Below are positions 1-8,673 of a DNA stretch of 44,521 nt, one piece after another (position 1 is the stretch's first letter; each line of letters begins with the position of its first letter). Source of the stretch: Candidatus Woesearchaeota archaeon (lineage in GTDB: Archaea > Nanobdellota > Nanobdellia > Woesearchaeales > UBA11576); NCBI GenBank assembly GCA_003695435.1, contig RFJL01000039.1:1-44521 (forward strand). The letters are read 5' to 3'. The notes under the pieces were generated by a model. That model searched no databases, had not been told where the DNA came from, and worked only from the letters and a program-made list of their open reading frames with translations. The position numbers were made by a program, and so were the translations under genes.

Positions 1-97
1 AAGCAGATGACGGATCAAAGGGGAGTGCTGAAAGAGGAGCTGAGGTTGCTCTTTGGCAAACCTACAAAAATTTCAAAGCAAGCCATGGCATGGTCAA

Positions 98-153
98 ATG
101 GTAAGAACATAATGGTAAGAACATAATGGTAAGAATATAATGGTAACAATATC
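98..153. repeat. Four tandem copies of a 14-bp unit ATGGTAAGAACATA (copies 3 and 4 degenerate)
   Basis: Read directly: units at 98-111, 112-125, 126-139 and 140-153. Each unit carries an ATG, and the fourth supplies the start codon of the 140-892 ORF. Confidence 0.85.
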
Positions 154-892
154 CTACAAACAAAAACAAATGCGAAACGCGCCAAAACAAATCACACAAC
201 AACTCGGAGATATAGTACGTCAAGCAAAAACCATCAAGGGAATCTACTCACTCATCCTAGTAAACCCCTTTGATCAAGAACATCACCAAATACTCTGCAT
301 TATTGAAGATAACAACAAGGTTGCGGAAAAAAAAGCACTTGAACTAAGCTCATCATTTTGTACTGCGAAAACTATTTTTTGGTCACATTTTTGGCTTCAC
401 TTGAACAACAAGAACGCAATTGTTCTTGAATATCTTCGCAAAGGAGCAATTCTCTTTGACAACGGATACGCATCCCCCCTACAAGAACTTCTCTTTCAAG
501 GAAAACTTCGACCAAGCAAAGAAGCAACTTGGAATGAAATGCTTGCAAGCCAAGAAGCAATGAAACGAGCAAATAATCACATCAAACAAGCAGTTGTAGA
601 TCTCTACTGGTGCATGGTTGACTGCGCTCACGCTCTTCTTGCAACTCTTGGAGAAGTAGCACCTTCTCCAAAAAACATGAAAACTCTTCTTAATGAAAAA
701 GTCGTAAAAAGAAACCTACTCAGAAAAGAACACGTTGATAACTTTGAAGAAGTATTTTTAGTGGCAAAACGAATTGATCACGGCGAAGTCTTTGAACTAT
801 CTGGAAGAGATTATGAAGAACTTGAGAAAAAAGCTCAACACTTCCTCACAGATGTTAAAGAACTCATTAAGGAATTAAGCAAAATCTCCTGA
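140..892 (+). CDS. Degenerate nucleotidyltransferase-like / HEPN-like helical domain protein, paralogue of 2915-3706
   Basis: ATG ORF of 250 aa. It aligns by eye with 2915-3706 (GDIVRQA vs DDIVREA; DLYWCMVDCAHALLA vs SLYWSMLHSAHAALLA). The GS...DxD catalytic motif is replaced here by LILVNPFDQEHHQILCIIEDNN. Confidence 0.55.
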   Translation: MVTISYKQKQMRNAPKQITQQLGDIVRQAKTIKGIYSLILVNPFDQEHHQILCIIEDNNKVAEKKALELSSSFCTAKTIFWSHFWLHLNNKNAIVLEYLRKGAILFDNGYASPLQELLFQGKLRPSKEATWNEMLASQEAMKRANNHIKQAVVDLYWCMVDCAHALLATLGEVAPSPKNMKTLLNEKVVKRNLLRKEHVDNFEEVFLVAKRIDHGEVFELSGRDYEELEKKAQHFLTDVKELIKELSKIS

Positions 893-1003
893 GCATAACC
901 TACAAAAATGTCACACTAACCATATAAACAATACGTGCATAAGTATAAAAAACTGATCGCACAAGCAATAACATAATAACATTGCTCCCACTAACCTAAG
1001 ATC

Positions 1004-2866
1004 ATGGAATTCCACAAGCCCTACTACAGTCCCCTTGATGAAGGTTTTCACGAGGCAAAGCCACTCTACTCCAAGCCTACACTAGAGCAACCTATCTTCT
1101 CCGCAAAAGAAATAGGAACAACAGTTCCCGAGTCCATTGGGGGACAAGGAAACTTCATTCAAAACATTGAATCCCAAATCCGAATGGGTACGGGAACCAT
1201 GCAACTTGTTCTTACCACTTCACACATGCAACAACTCATGGGACGTATGAAAGCATACGGAAAAGAAGCAAGAGAACAAATGAGAGAACTTGCCCAAGCA
1301 GCAGGGGTGACTATTTCAGGAATAGAGATGCCTACCTCTTCCATGACAAACCTTTCAGGATTTGATCAACGCTCAGGCGCAGTAAGCGAACAGCTACGCA
1401 GATCCTCCATGGACGAAGCAAAAGAAGCAATTCGCTTCATTGGAGAAGTAGGTGGAGGAGGCGGAGTTGATATTTGGTCACAAGAATTTGCAAGATCCAT
1501 TAACGAAGCAAACTACGAATCTGATGTCGTTTTCAAAGGCCATGAGCCCGAAGAGCAACAAAGCATAGGACTTGTAGTGGATACAGAAACAGGAAAAATA
1601 GTAGCAGATCTTAACAAATCAACACAAGTTCCACGTCTCAAATACCGAAGAGACGCTCAAGGATACTTCATTGATGAGAATGGCAATCGTATAACTGATT
1701 TCCATGATTTTGACAAAAGAGCAGTAGAAGTTGATGAACAAGGAAACTACCAAACAGAAGTCGTTACGTGGAGAGAAGTTCAAGAAGAAGCTCAAAAATG
1801 GAACCAACTCACAGGACAAGATTTGCGTCCAGAAGAATTCTTTGTGCGAGAACAAGTTGCAAGCCAACTCACACAAGGAAGAGCACAGCGTCTGCAAATG
1901 GAAGATCAACTTGATGAAATCAATCGCATAGTTGAAAATCTTAAACAAAATCTTCCCCCTCAAGAAGCAGAGTCAAAGATAAGATACTATGAACAGCGAA
2001 AAAAAGAGCTTGCAGAAGCAGTAGCACTCTCCAAACAACAAGAAGAACTACAAAAACAAAAACTAGACAAATACGAATCACTTCACCGATACGCAAAAGA
2101 AAAATCTATTGAAGGATACGCAGAGCTTGGAATAGAAGCCCTAAAAACACAAAAACAACTCGCAGATAAAATAACACATGATCTCTACGTCGGACCTGAG
2201 CTAGGATGGCCAACAGCATGGGGAGGGCACCCCCGCGAATTTACTGAGCTCATCAAAGGCGCAAGAGAAAAAATGGCAAAAAAACTCCAAGAAGAAGGAT
2301 ACAAAGAAAAAGAAGCCCGCGAACTAGCAAAAAAACACATCAAAGGATGCTTTGATACTTCTCACCTTGCCATGTGGTTTGATTACATGGACTGGAAATC
2401 CTTAGGACTAGAAAACGCACCACATGAGAAAAAACTAGAAGCATTCAACAAATGGTTCATGAAAGAAGTTGATTACATGGCAAAAGAAGGAGTTATTGGA
2501 AGTGTACAAGCAGTAGACTCCATGTCAGGAGCACACTCCCACCTCCCGCCAGGTCAAGGAGTATTTCCTGTTGTTGACGCAGTAGTACATCTCAAAAAAC
2601 AAGGATGGGAAGGACCAATCGTCTCAGAAGGACACGAAGAAGAAGGACTCACCAAGGGAAGAATCCAACTTGAGGCGTGGAGAGCTTTTGGAGCGGATGT
2701 TGGCGGAGGATTAGGGTATCATCGCCACTCAGGAACCCAACCTGAACTATGGACTGATGTTGCAGGAAGTTACTTCGGGCGCACAAATCCTCCCAATTAC
2801 ATTTTTGGAAACTATGCTCCAGACCCTCAAGAGTGGGTGTTTTGGAGCGGGGTGCCTCTTGAGTGA
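1004..2866 (+). CDS. Xylose-isomerase-like / AP-endonuclease-2-type TIM-barrel protein with a large charged insertion
   Basis: 620-aa ATG ORF with an ordered motif series typical of this fold: GVTISGIEMP, GGVDIWSQEF, YVGPELGWP, CFDTSHLAMW, AHSHLPPGQGVFPVVDAVVHLKKQGWEGPIVSEGHEE. About 240 E/K/Q-rich residues sit between the second and third motifs. Confidence 0.5.
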   Translation: MEFHKPYYSPLDEGFHEAKPLYSKPTLEQPIFSAKEIGTTVPESIGGQGNFIQNIESQIRMGTGTMQLVLTTSHMQQLMGRMKAYGKEAREQMRELAQAAGVTISGIEMPTSSMTNLSGFDQRSGAVSEQLRRSSMDEAKEAIRFIGEVGGGGGVDIWSQEFARSINEANYESDVVFKGHEPEEQQSIGLVVDTETGKIVADLNKSTQVPRLKYRRDAQGYFIDENGNRITDFHDFDKRAVEVDEQGNYQTEVVTWREVQEEAQKWNQLTGQDLRPEEFFVREQVASQLTQGRAQRLQMEDQLDEINRIVENLKQNLPPQEAESKIRYYEQRKKELAEAVALSKQQEELQKQKLDKYESLHRYAKEKSIEGYAELGIEALKTQKQLADKITHDLYVGPELGWPTAWGGHPREFTELIKGAREKMAKKLQEEGYKEKEARELAKKHIKGCFDTSHLAMWFDYMDWKSLGLENAPHEKKLEAFNKWFMKEVDYMAKEGVIGSVQAVDSMSGAHSHLPPGQGVFPVVDAVVHLKKQGWEGPIVSEGHEEEGLTKGRIQLEAWRAFGADVGGGLGYHRHSGTQPELWTDVAGSYFGRTNPPNYIFGNYAPDPQEWVFWSGVPLE

Positions 2867-2914
2867 GCACGTAGATAATCAAAATTATTAACTACAATCA
2901 TGTGAGAATCTATT

Positions 2915-3706
2915 ATGAATGAAGAACAATCAGAACAACACTCCGCACAAAAACTCGTCAAACAATTTTCAGATGACATAGTACGAGAAGCGCCAGACCT
3001 CCTCAAAGCAGTCGTGCATTTCGGATCAACCACAAACACTAAAACAAAGCTTCTAGGATCAGATATTGATGTTCTTCTCATCGTTGATGACTTAGTGCGT
3101 GTAATGAGTCCTGAGGTTATTCAAGGTTTCAGAGTGATCGTGGAAAGAGTTGCATCCTCAATAAGTCCTCGTTTTCACATAAACACCATGCGTATTACTC
3201 AATTCTGGGAGTATGCTAGGAAAGGAGACCCTCTTCTCGTAAACATCTTAAGAGAAGGTATGATTGTGTTTGATACTGGAGTGTTTGCAACAGCACAAAA
3301 AATGTTCAAAGATGATATGATCAAACCAACAGAAGAGGTGGTGTTTAGTTACCTTTCTAATGCTCCTAAAATCCTTAACAACGCGAAGTGGCATGTAACA
3401 AGAGCAGTTATGTCTCTTTACTGGTCAATGCTTCACTCAGCACATGCAGCACTCCTCGCACATGACATCGTTCCTCATGCACCTCAACAAGTAGGGGACT
3501 TAATCGAAGAATACTTTGTAGAACCTCTTGAAATAGAAGAACACTATCTTGACATTTACAGGCATCTCGAAGATTTCATGACGCACATCGGAAAAAGAGA
3601 AATTATGACGGCGAGCCCTCAAGAATATGATCGCATGCATGAAAAAGTAGAACTTTTCAATAAGAAAATGGAAGAACTCGTCATGCGAAAAGAACTCAAA
3701 ATATAA
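2915..3706 (+). CDS. Minimal nucleotidyltransferase (Pol-beta fold) fused to a HEPN-like helical domain
   Basis: ATG ORF of 263 aa with the signature HFGS...GSDIDVLLIVDD, followed by a helical C-terminal half. An A/T-rich box lies about 29 nt upstream of the ATG. Confidence 0.7.
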   Translation: MNEEQSEQHSAQKLVKQFSDDIVREAPDLLKAVVHFGSTTNTKTKLLGSDIDVLLIVDDLVRVMSPEVIQGFRVIVERVASSISPRFHINTMRITQFWEYARKGDPLLVNILREGMIVFDTGVFATAQKMFKDDMIKPTEEVVFSYLSNAPKILNNAKWHVTRAVMSLYWSMLHSAHAALLAHDIVPHAPQQVGDLIEEYFVEPLEIEEHYLDIYRHLEDFMTHIGKREIMTASPQEYDRMHEKVELFNKKMEELVMRKELKI

Positions 3707-3769
3707 TGCTTCAAAGAGCACATAACTGCGCCTCCACAGCGCGAGGAAAGGCATTTAAAGAAGCTACCT

Positions 3770-4510
3770 ATGAGAATAACTATGAAAGACAATAAAATAC
3801 AACAAATACTTATTCTGGGCGTTGTGCTCTTAGCGCTTCTTGTCGCTGCAAAGTTTCTCTTCATACCTGCAACAATTGATGCAAGAACCATTAATGCAGA
3901 GGGAACAGCACAGATGACTGCCCAACCAGATGAGGCACAAATCTATGTTCGCATACACGTACTCGAACAAACTGCAGAACTTGCAGCAAGCAAGAGCAAA
4001 GAAGCCGCAAATAATGTTGTAAACGCACTTAAAAAGATTGAAGGCGTTCAAGTAGAGACCACAAATTATAACATCTACAAACGTGAAGACTGGACAGAAA
4101 ACGGACAAGAGTTCAAGGGATACGAGGCAACGTACACTATCAAAGCAACCACTCAAAACCTTGATCGAGTAGGAGAGATCATTGACACCGCAGTAGATAG
4201 TGGTGCAAATGGCATTGATTCAGTACAGTTCACGCTCTCAAAAGAAAAAGAAGAAGAACTACGTGCTCAAGCAATTAAGAAGGCTGCACAAACTGCAAAA
4301 ATGAAAGCACAAGCAACTGCAGAAGGTCTAGGAGTTAAACTTGGAAAGATCATCGCGGTTAATGAAGGTGGCTTTTATGCTCAGCCCTACTTCTACGATC
4401 GTGCGGAAAGCCTTATCGCAGAAGCAAAAGCACAAAGCGCACCTCTTGTAATTGAGCCGGGATCTATTCACGTTTCAGCATCAGTAAGCGTGACGTACGA
4501 GATCAAGTAA
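3770..4510 (+). CDS. SIMPL / DUF541 family secreted or membrane-anchored protein
   Basis: N-terminal hydrophobic anchor (ILILGVVLLALLVAA), then the typical SIMPL layout (INAEGTAQMTAQPDEAQIYV... KGYEATYTIKA... IEPGSIHVSASVSVTYEI). ATG at 3782 is an alternative start and fits the TATA-like box at 3752-3760 better. Confidence 0.8.
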   Translation: MRITMKDNKIQQILILGVVLLALLVAAKFLFIPATIDARTINAEGTAQMTAQPDEAQIYVRIHVLEQTAELAASKSKEAANNVVNALKKIEGVQVETTNYNIYKREDWTENGQEFKGYEATYTIKATTQNLDRVGEIIDTAVDSGANGIDSVQFTLSKEKEEELRAQAIKKAAQTAKMKAQATAEGLGVKLGKIIAVNEGGFYAQPYFYDRAESLIAEAKAQSAPLVIEPGSIHVSASVSVTYEIK

Positions 4511-4637
4511 GAAGAGAGAGTAACACGAGATATGCAGTTTACTTTCATTAATCTTTTCCATTTTTTTAGGGATCTTTGATTCTTTTGTTCTTATGGTGGC
4601 GGTATAGTAAAGATATACTTTATCGTGGAGGGACTAC

Positions 4638-4994
4638 TTACTTTGGTGAGTAGCTTTGCAAATCACGTTTCATGTAGTTTGAATTATTGTGCTCTTTTGA
4701 AAGATAGGGCATCATTGCTTCTAGTACGGGTTCAAGATAGCATAATCGCAGGGAATAACTTCCATTGTTATGGACGTCAAGAGCGATTTCGTATGGCTTT
4801 GTCTGTTCAATAAACTCGTAAAGTGCAGAGTCTTGTTGCAGCAATCCATAAAGAGGAGACTCTTCAAGAAGCGCAGGATAATAAAGCGCGTAGGGTTGCT
4901 GTTCCTCTGCGTGAGGAGCATAAGTGGTATCGGCCGCTTGAAAGCGGGGAATGCTTGTGGTGTTGATGGTTTGTTCTAAATTAGGTGTATTCAT
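4638..4994 (-). CDS. Hypothetical protein (118 aa)
   Basis: ATG preceded by a perfect GGAGGTG (reverse complement of 5002-5008) 7 nt upstream. No family recognised. Confidence 0.55.
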   Translation of the reverse strand: MNTPNLEQTINTTSIPRFQAADTTYAPHAEEQQPYALYYPALLEESPLYGLLQQDSALYEFIEQTKPYEIALDVHNNGSYSLRLCYLEPVLEAMMPYLSKEHNNSNYMKRDLQSYSPK

Positions 4995-5223
4995 GATAGT
5001 ACACCTCCGTTGTCTTATTTTTCTCTTACAAGAATGATGAAGTTTTCTAGCGTTATAAACACTTATTTGGTAAACTGGGTAGTACTGTGACAGTTTCGTC
5101 AGCTTCTTCTTCGTTCTTTTCTTCTGATTTTTTCTCTTCAGATTTCTTTTCTTCTGAGCTCTTCAATTGTTGATACATAACTTGCAGGGCTATTTTTTTA
5201 CGTAGAATGGGGGATTTGGAAAT

Positions 5224-5253
5224 GGTGGTGGTTGTGGTGGTTGTGGTGATTGT
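5224..5253. repeat. Imperfect trinucleotide run (GGT/TGT)x10 in a low-complexity intergenic tract
   Basis: Read directly: ggtggtggttgtggtggttgtggtgattgt. The neighbouring 5108-5160 is a TTCTTT-type pyrimidine-rich tract. Confidence 0.7.
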
Positions 5254-5400
5254 AGGTGGGGGTGATGCATTTCTTCGTTCCCCCCTTTCTTTGTTCTTCA
5301 ACCTCTTTTCATTTATAAAGTTTATAAATAACAGGGGTTCGTGTGCACACCACTTACAACCCAACAGATATACCACTTTACAGTAGTTATTTTGGGAATG

Positions 5401-5408
5401 TTTATATA
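5401..5408 (+). promoter_or_regulatory. TATA-like box (TTTATATA) for the 5432 surface-protein gene
   Basis: Centred about 27 nt upstream of the ATG at 5432. The same spacing recurs at many genes in this window. Confidence 0.55.
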
Positions 5409-5431
5409 TGGGTGGTGTAAAATAAAGCTCT

Positions 5432-7138
5432 ATGAATAGAACAATCTTCACACAAATCCTGGTGATTTGTCTTTTTCTACTTACTTTGCAGACCATAAGT
5501 GCACAAAATAACGTTGCACCGATACTCGATGAAATTTCCAATCTCACACTAACAGAAGGCATTCAAGCAAACATTACCTTTCATGCAACTGACGCTGACA
5601 ACGATACGCTCACCTATGCAAAGAACATCGCATTTGCAAATGAAACCTTCAACGCTTCAAGCGGTCTTTGGACGTTCACACCAAACGCAAGCGAAGTAGG
5701 AGTCTACACTGTTCTTGCAAGCGTAGGGGATGGTAATAATGGTACTGACTCACAAACATTCACCATTACGGTTACGTCTTCAAATACTACTTCAAACACA
5801 TCCTCTTCAAATGCTTCTTCCAACACAGCACCTCAAATTGCACCCATCGAAGATCAAATAGCCATAGTAAACACCACTTTTACCTACCAAGTCATTGCAA
5901 CAGATGCAGAAAATGATACACTCAACTACTCCTCAAACGTTCCCATTGACCAATCTGGGCTCATTGAATACGTTCCCCTCCAAGTGCAAACCAAAAACAT
6001 CACCGTTACTGTCTGTGACTATGAACTTTGCACAATAGAGTCCTTCCTCCTTCAAGTATCAGAAGATCCCTTCGCACAAAACAACAATCAAAACAATAAT
6101 CAAACAAACCAATCAAATCAAACACAACAAGAACAAGCAATGCGCTTTAAAGATATCACAGTAGAAGTTGATGGCAACAAAGATTCAAGCGCAAATGAAA
6201 ATGGAGGAACCATAGACAAAGACGTAAAACCAGGATCAACTGTTAGCTTTGAAATGGAAATTGAAAACCTTCTTGACATCGACATAGAAGATGTTGAAAT
6301 CACCCTTACCGTCTACGATATCGATGATGGTGACGATATTGAAGAAGATACAGAAATAGATAAAATCCGCGATGGAAAAGATGAATCAGCAACGCTTAGC
6401 TTTAAAGTACCTCTTGAACTAGATGAAGACTCCTATGATGTCCGCCTCGTCGCAGAAGGAGAAGACGAAGAAGGGAACAGCCACGAAATATCCGTAACAT
6501 ATACTCTTGAAATTGACAAAGATGATGATGACATTCGTATCCTCAACCTTGATCTGGACCCACAAAGACTCTCTTGTAATAGACAAACCTCGCTTGACCT
6601 AGAGATCATCAACGTAGGAGAAGATGATCAAGAAGACGTCAAGGTCAAAGTCTTCTCAACAGCACTAGGCATTCGTGAAGAACGCACAGGAATAGATCTT
6701 GAAGCAGACCCTGATGATGATAACAAGTGGGAAGGCAGATTCAACATCGAAATAAGCAACCAACAAAAACAAGGAACATACCCTCTTACTGTTGAAGTCT
6801 ACTACGAAGACGGATCTCTTGCCCAACGAGAATCATTAACCGTACAGGTAAGCAATTGCGCTGCAAGCAATACTAACTCAGGATCAACTGGTTCCGGGAC
6901 AGCCAGTTCAAGCAAATCATCAGCAAGCACGTCTGGAACAGACTCCTCAGAAGTTATCGTACTATATGGTGGTTCAACAACAGGAATTGCCACACAACCA
7001 GGAGCATACGCGAAAAATACCAAAACCACCTCCGCAATTCTTAACGAAGAGAGCTACACCATCATTCTCGGAGCGCTCATTATTCTCTGCCTTACAGGAA
7101 TTTTCTGGGCAGGAAAGATCCTAAGAACCTGGAAGTAA
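5432..7138 (+). CDS. Cell-surface protein: signal peptide, two cadherin-like/He_PIG-type Ig repeats, acidic CARDB-like domains, Ser/Thr linker, C-terminal TM anchor
   Basis: Signal-like N-terminus ILVICLFLLTLQTISAQ. Repeats APILDEISNLTLTEG...ATDADNDTLTY and APQIAPIEDQIAIVN...ATDAENDTLNY. Many NxS/T sequons. C-terminal YTIILGALIILCLTGIFWAG followed by basic residues. Confidence 0.8.
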   Translation: MNRTIFTQILVICLFLLTLQTISAQNNVAPILDEISNLTLTEGIQANITFHATDADNDTLTYAKNIAFANETFNASSGLWTFTPNASEVGVYTVLASVGDGNNGTDSQTFTITVTSSNTTSNTSSSNASSNTAPQIAPIEDQIAIVNTTFTYQVIATDAENDTLNYSSNVPIDQSGLIEYVPLQVQTKNITVTVCDYELCTIESFLLQVSEDPFAQNNNQNNNQTNQSNQTQQEQAMRFKDITVEVDGNKDSSANENGGTIDKDVKPGSTVSFEMEIENLLDIDIEDVEITLTVYDIDDGDDIEEDTEIDKIRDGKDESATLSFKVPLELDEDSYDVRLVAEGEDEEGNSHEISVTYTLEIDKDDDDIRILNLDLDPQRLSCNRQTSLDLEIINVGEDDQEDVKVKVFSTALGIREERTGIDLEADPDDDNKWEGRFNIEISNQQKQGTYPLTVEVYYEDGSLAQRESLTVQVSNCAASNTNSGSTGSGTASSSKSSASTSGTDSSEVIVLYGGSTTGIATQPGAYAKNTKTTSAILNEESYTIILGALIILCLTGIFWAGKILRTWK

Positions 7139-7233
7139 GGCACTATAACAAAATAAGGTGTTTAACAAAATAGTGCGTTTACGCACACCGCTACACACCG
7201 TTCGTTTGTGCAGTTAGCTTTAAAGAAAAAGGA

Positions 7234-8625
7234 CTATTGTTTCATACTCATAAATGCTTCTCTTGCATTTCTCGCCGCGTTTCGCACAATTTCAGGAAGA
7301 GCGGGGTGAATGTAAATCATCTCAAGAAGATCATCAAGTTTTGCTTTTTTCGTCATCGCATAGATTAATTGATGAATCATCGTCGCAGCTTCATCACCTA
7401 TGATATGCGCTCCGATAAGGCGTTTTTTCCTATCAAAAATAAGTTTACAAAAACCATGATCTGATAATCTTGCCATACCCATAGCACTTTTCTGATATGG
7501 ATTTAGACCAACAACGTAATCTTTTCCTCGCACTTTATTCAGTTTAATGAGCTCATCCTCAGTAACGCCAACCCCTGCAAATTCTGGTTGTGTGAACATT
7601 GCATGAGGCATGGGAGGATACTTAATCTTTCTTGGAATAATGCGTTTGTACAAGTTTTCAAAAAGGTATTCGCCTTGAAAATTTGCAGCATGCCTGAACA
7701 TAAACTTACCAATAACATCTCCTAGTGCGTACACTCCCTTAACGGAAGTTTCCAAATAGTCATCAACTTCTATAAACCCTCTTTTATTTGTTCTAATTCT
7801 TGTTTTATCAAGACCAAGATCATCAGTGTTGGGAACAACACCAACAGCAACAAGCAAAGCATCTCCTTTCGTCTTGAAACGCTTACCTTTATGCTCATAG
7901 GTCAGAGTAAATTGTTTTCGTTTATACTCTACCTTAAGAGGAGTGGAGTCAAGATGTACAGTGTGTCGTTTAGTAAACACTTTTGTAAATTCTTCACGAA
8001 TGTCTTTATCTTCGTGTGAGATAAGATCTGTTCGTACAATGAATTCTACTTCGCTTCCAAGCATAGCATAGGCAGCTCCAAGCTCGCAAGCAATATATCC
8101 TCCCCCAATAACGATAAGCTTCTTAGGAAGCACTTTGTTCTTAAGTGCTTGTGTGCTCGTCATGAAAGGAGTACCTTCAAGACCTTCAATATCAGGTATT
8201 CTTGGTCTTGCGCCTGTAGCAAGAACAATTTTTCGTGCAGTGATCTGCGTATTACCAACTTGCAGCACTTTATCCGAGATAAAACGTGCTTCGTAAGGGT
8301 AGAAGTCAAAATTCTTTGCAGCAACATACCTTTTTCGAATCGCCTCAGACTCTTCACTGACAGTTGCGTTGATACGCTCAATAATCTCCTTGAAATAAAC
8401 TTTTCCTATCTTTGCTTTGGCGCCAAACTTTTCAAGATTTCTTGCAGCCTCAATTTGTTCAGCAGGGTAGATGAGCATTTTAGAAGGAATACAACCTCTG
8501 TTAAGACAAACACCGCCAAGTTCTGCTTTTTCAACAATTGCAACTTTCTTACCTAAGTGTATTGCAGGAACAGAAACCTTTGATCCCGCACCAGAACCTA
8601 CCACGATTAAATCATAAACCTTCAT
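7234..8625 (-). CDS. Class-I pyridine nucleotide-disulfide oxidoreductase (dihydrolipoamide dehydrogenase / glutathione-mycothione reductase family)
   Basis: FAD fold DLIVVGSGAGS, redox-active GGVCLNRGCIPSK, second Rossmann motif VIGGGYIACE, C-terminal dimerisation domain with IHPALPE. TATA-like box 8648-8655 lies about 27 nt upstream. Confidence 0.85.
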   Translation of the reverse strand: MKVYDLIVVGSGAGSKVSVPAIHLGKKVAIVEKAELGGVCLNRGCIPSKMLIYPAEQIEAARNLEKFGAKAKIGKVYFKEIIERINATVSEESEAIRKRYVAAKNFDFYPYEARFISDKVLQVGNTQITARKIVLATGARPRIPDIEGLEGTPFMTSTQALKNKVLPKKLIVIGGGYIACELGAAYAMLGSEVEFIVRTDLISHEDKDIREEFTKVFTKRHTVHLDSTPLKVEYKRKQFTLTYEHKGKRFKTKGDALLVAVGVVPNTDDLGLDKTRIRTNKRGFIEVDDYLETSVKGVYALGDVIGKFMFRHAANFQGEYLFENLYKRIIPRKIKYPPMPHAMFTQPEFAGVGVTEDELIKLNKVRGKDYVVGLNPYQKSAMGMARLSDHGFCKLIFDRKKRLIGAHIIGDEAATMIHQLIYAMTKKAKLDDLLEMIYIHPALPEIVRNAARNAREAFMSMKQ

Positions 8626-8673
8626 AATGCGTTTGAATGGGCAAGAGTATTTAAGAATGTTTTGAAAAAAATC

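Noticed and set aside
1-126. Frame open from the window edge (…KEELRLLFGKPTKISKQAMAWSNGKNIMVRT, stop at 124-126) as the 3-prime end of an upstream gene
   Set aside because: Only 41 codons are visible and no motif is recognisable, so it cannot be supported as a feature. It is mentioned only in the tandem-repeat finding.
5053-5562. 169-aa minus-strand ORF with a poly-Thr run and SEEKK repeats
   Set aside because: Its 5-prime third overlaps the start and promoter of the well-supported surface-protein gene on the other strand. The sequence is low-complexity and derives from a TTCTTT/GGT-rich tract. There is no TATA box or SD at a sensible distance. At most the last 41 codons (5053-5178) might be a tiny ORF, and I could not support that.
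8149-8556. 135-aa plus-strand ORF inside the FAD oxidoreductase gene
   Set aside because: It is antisense to a gene with unambiguous family motifs. Its composition is not protein-like.
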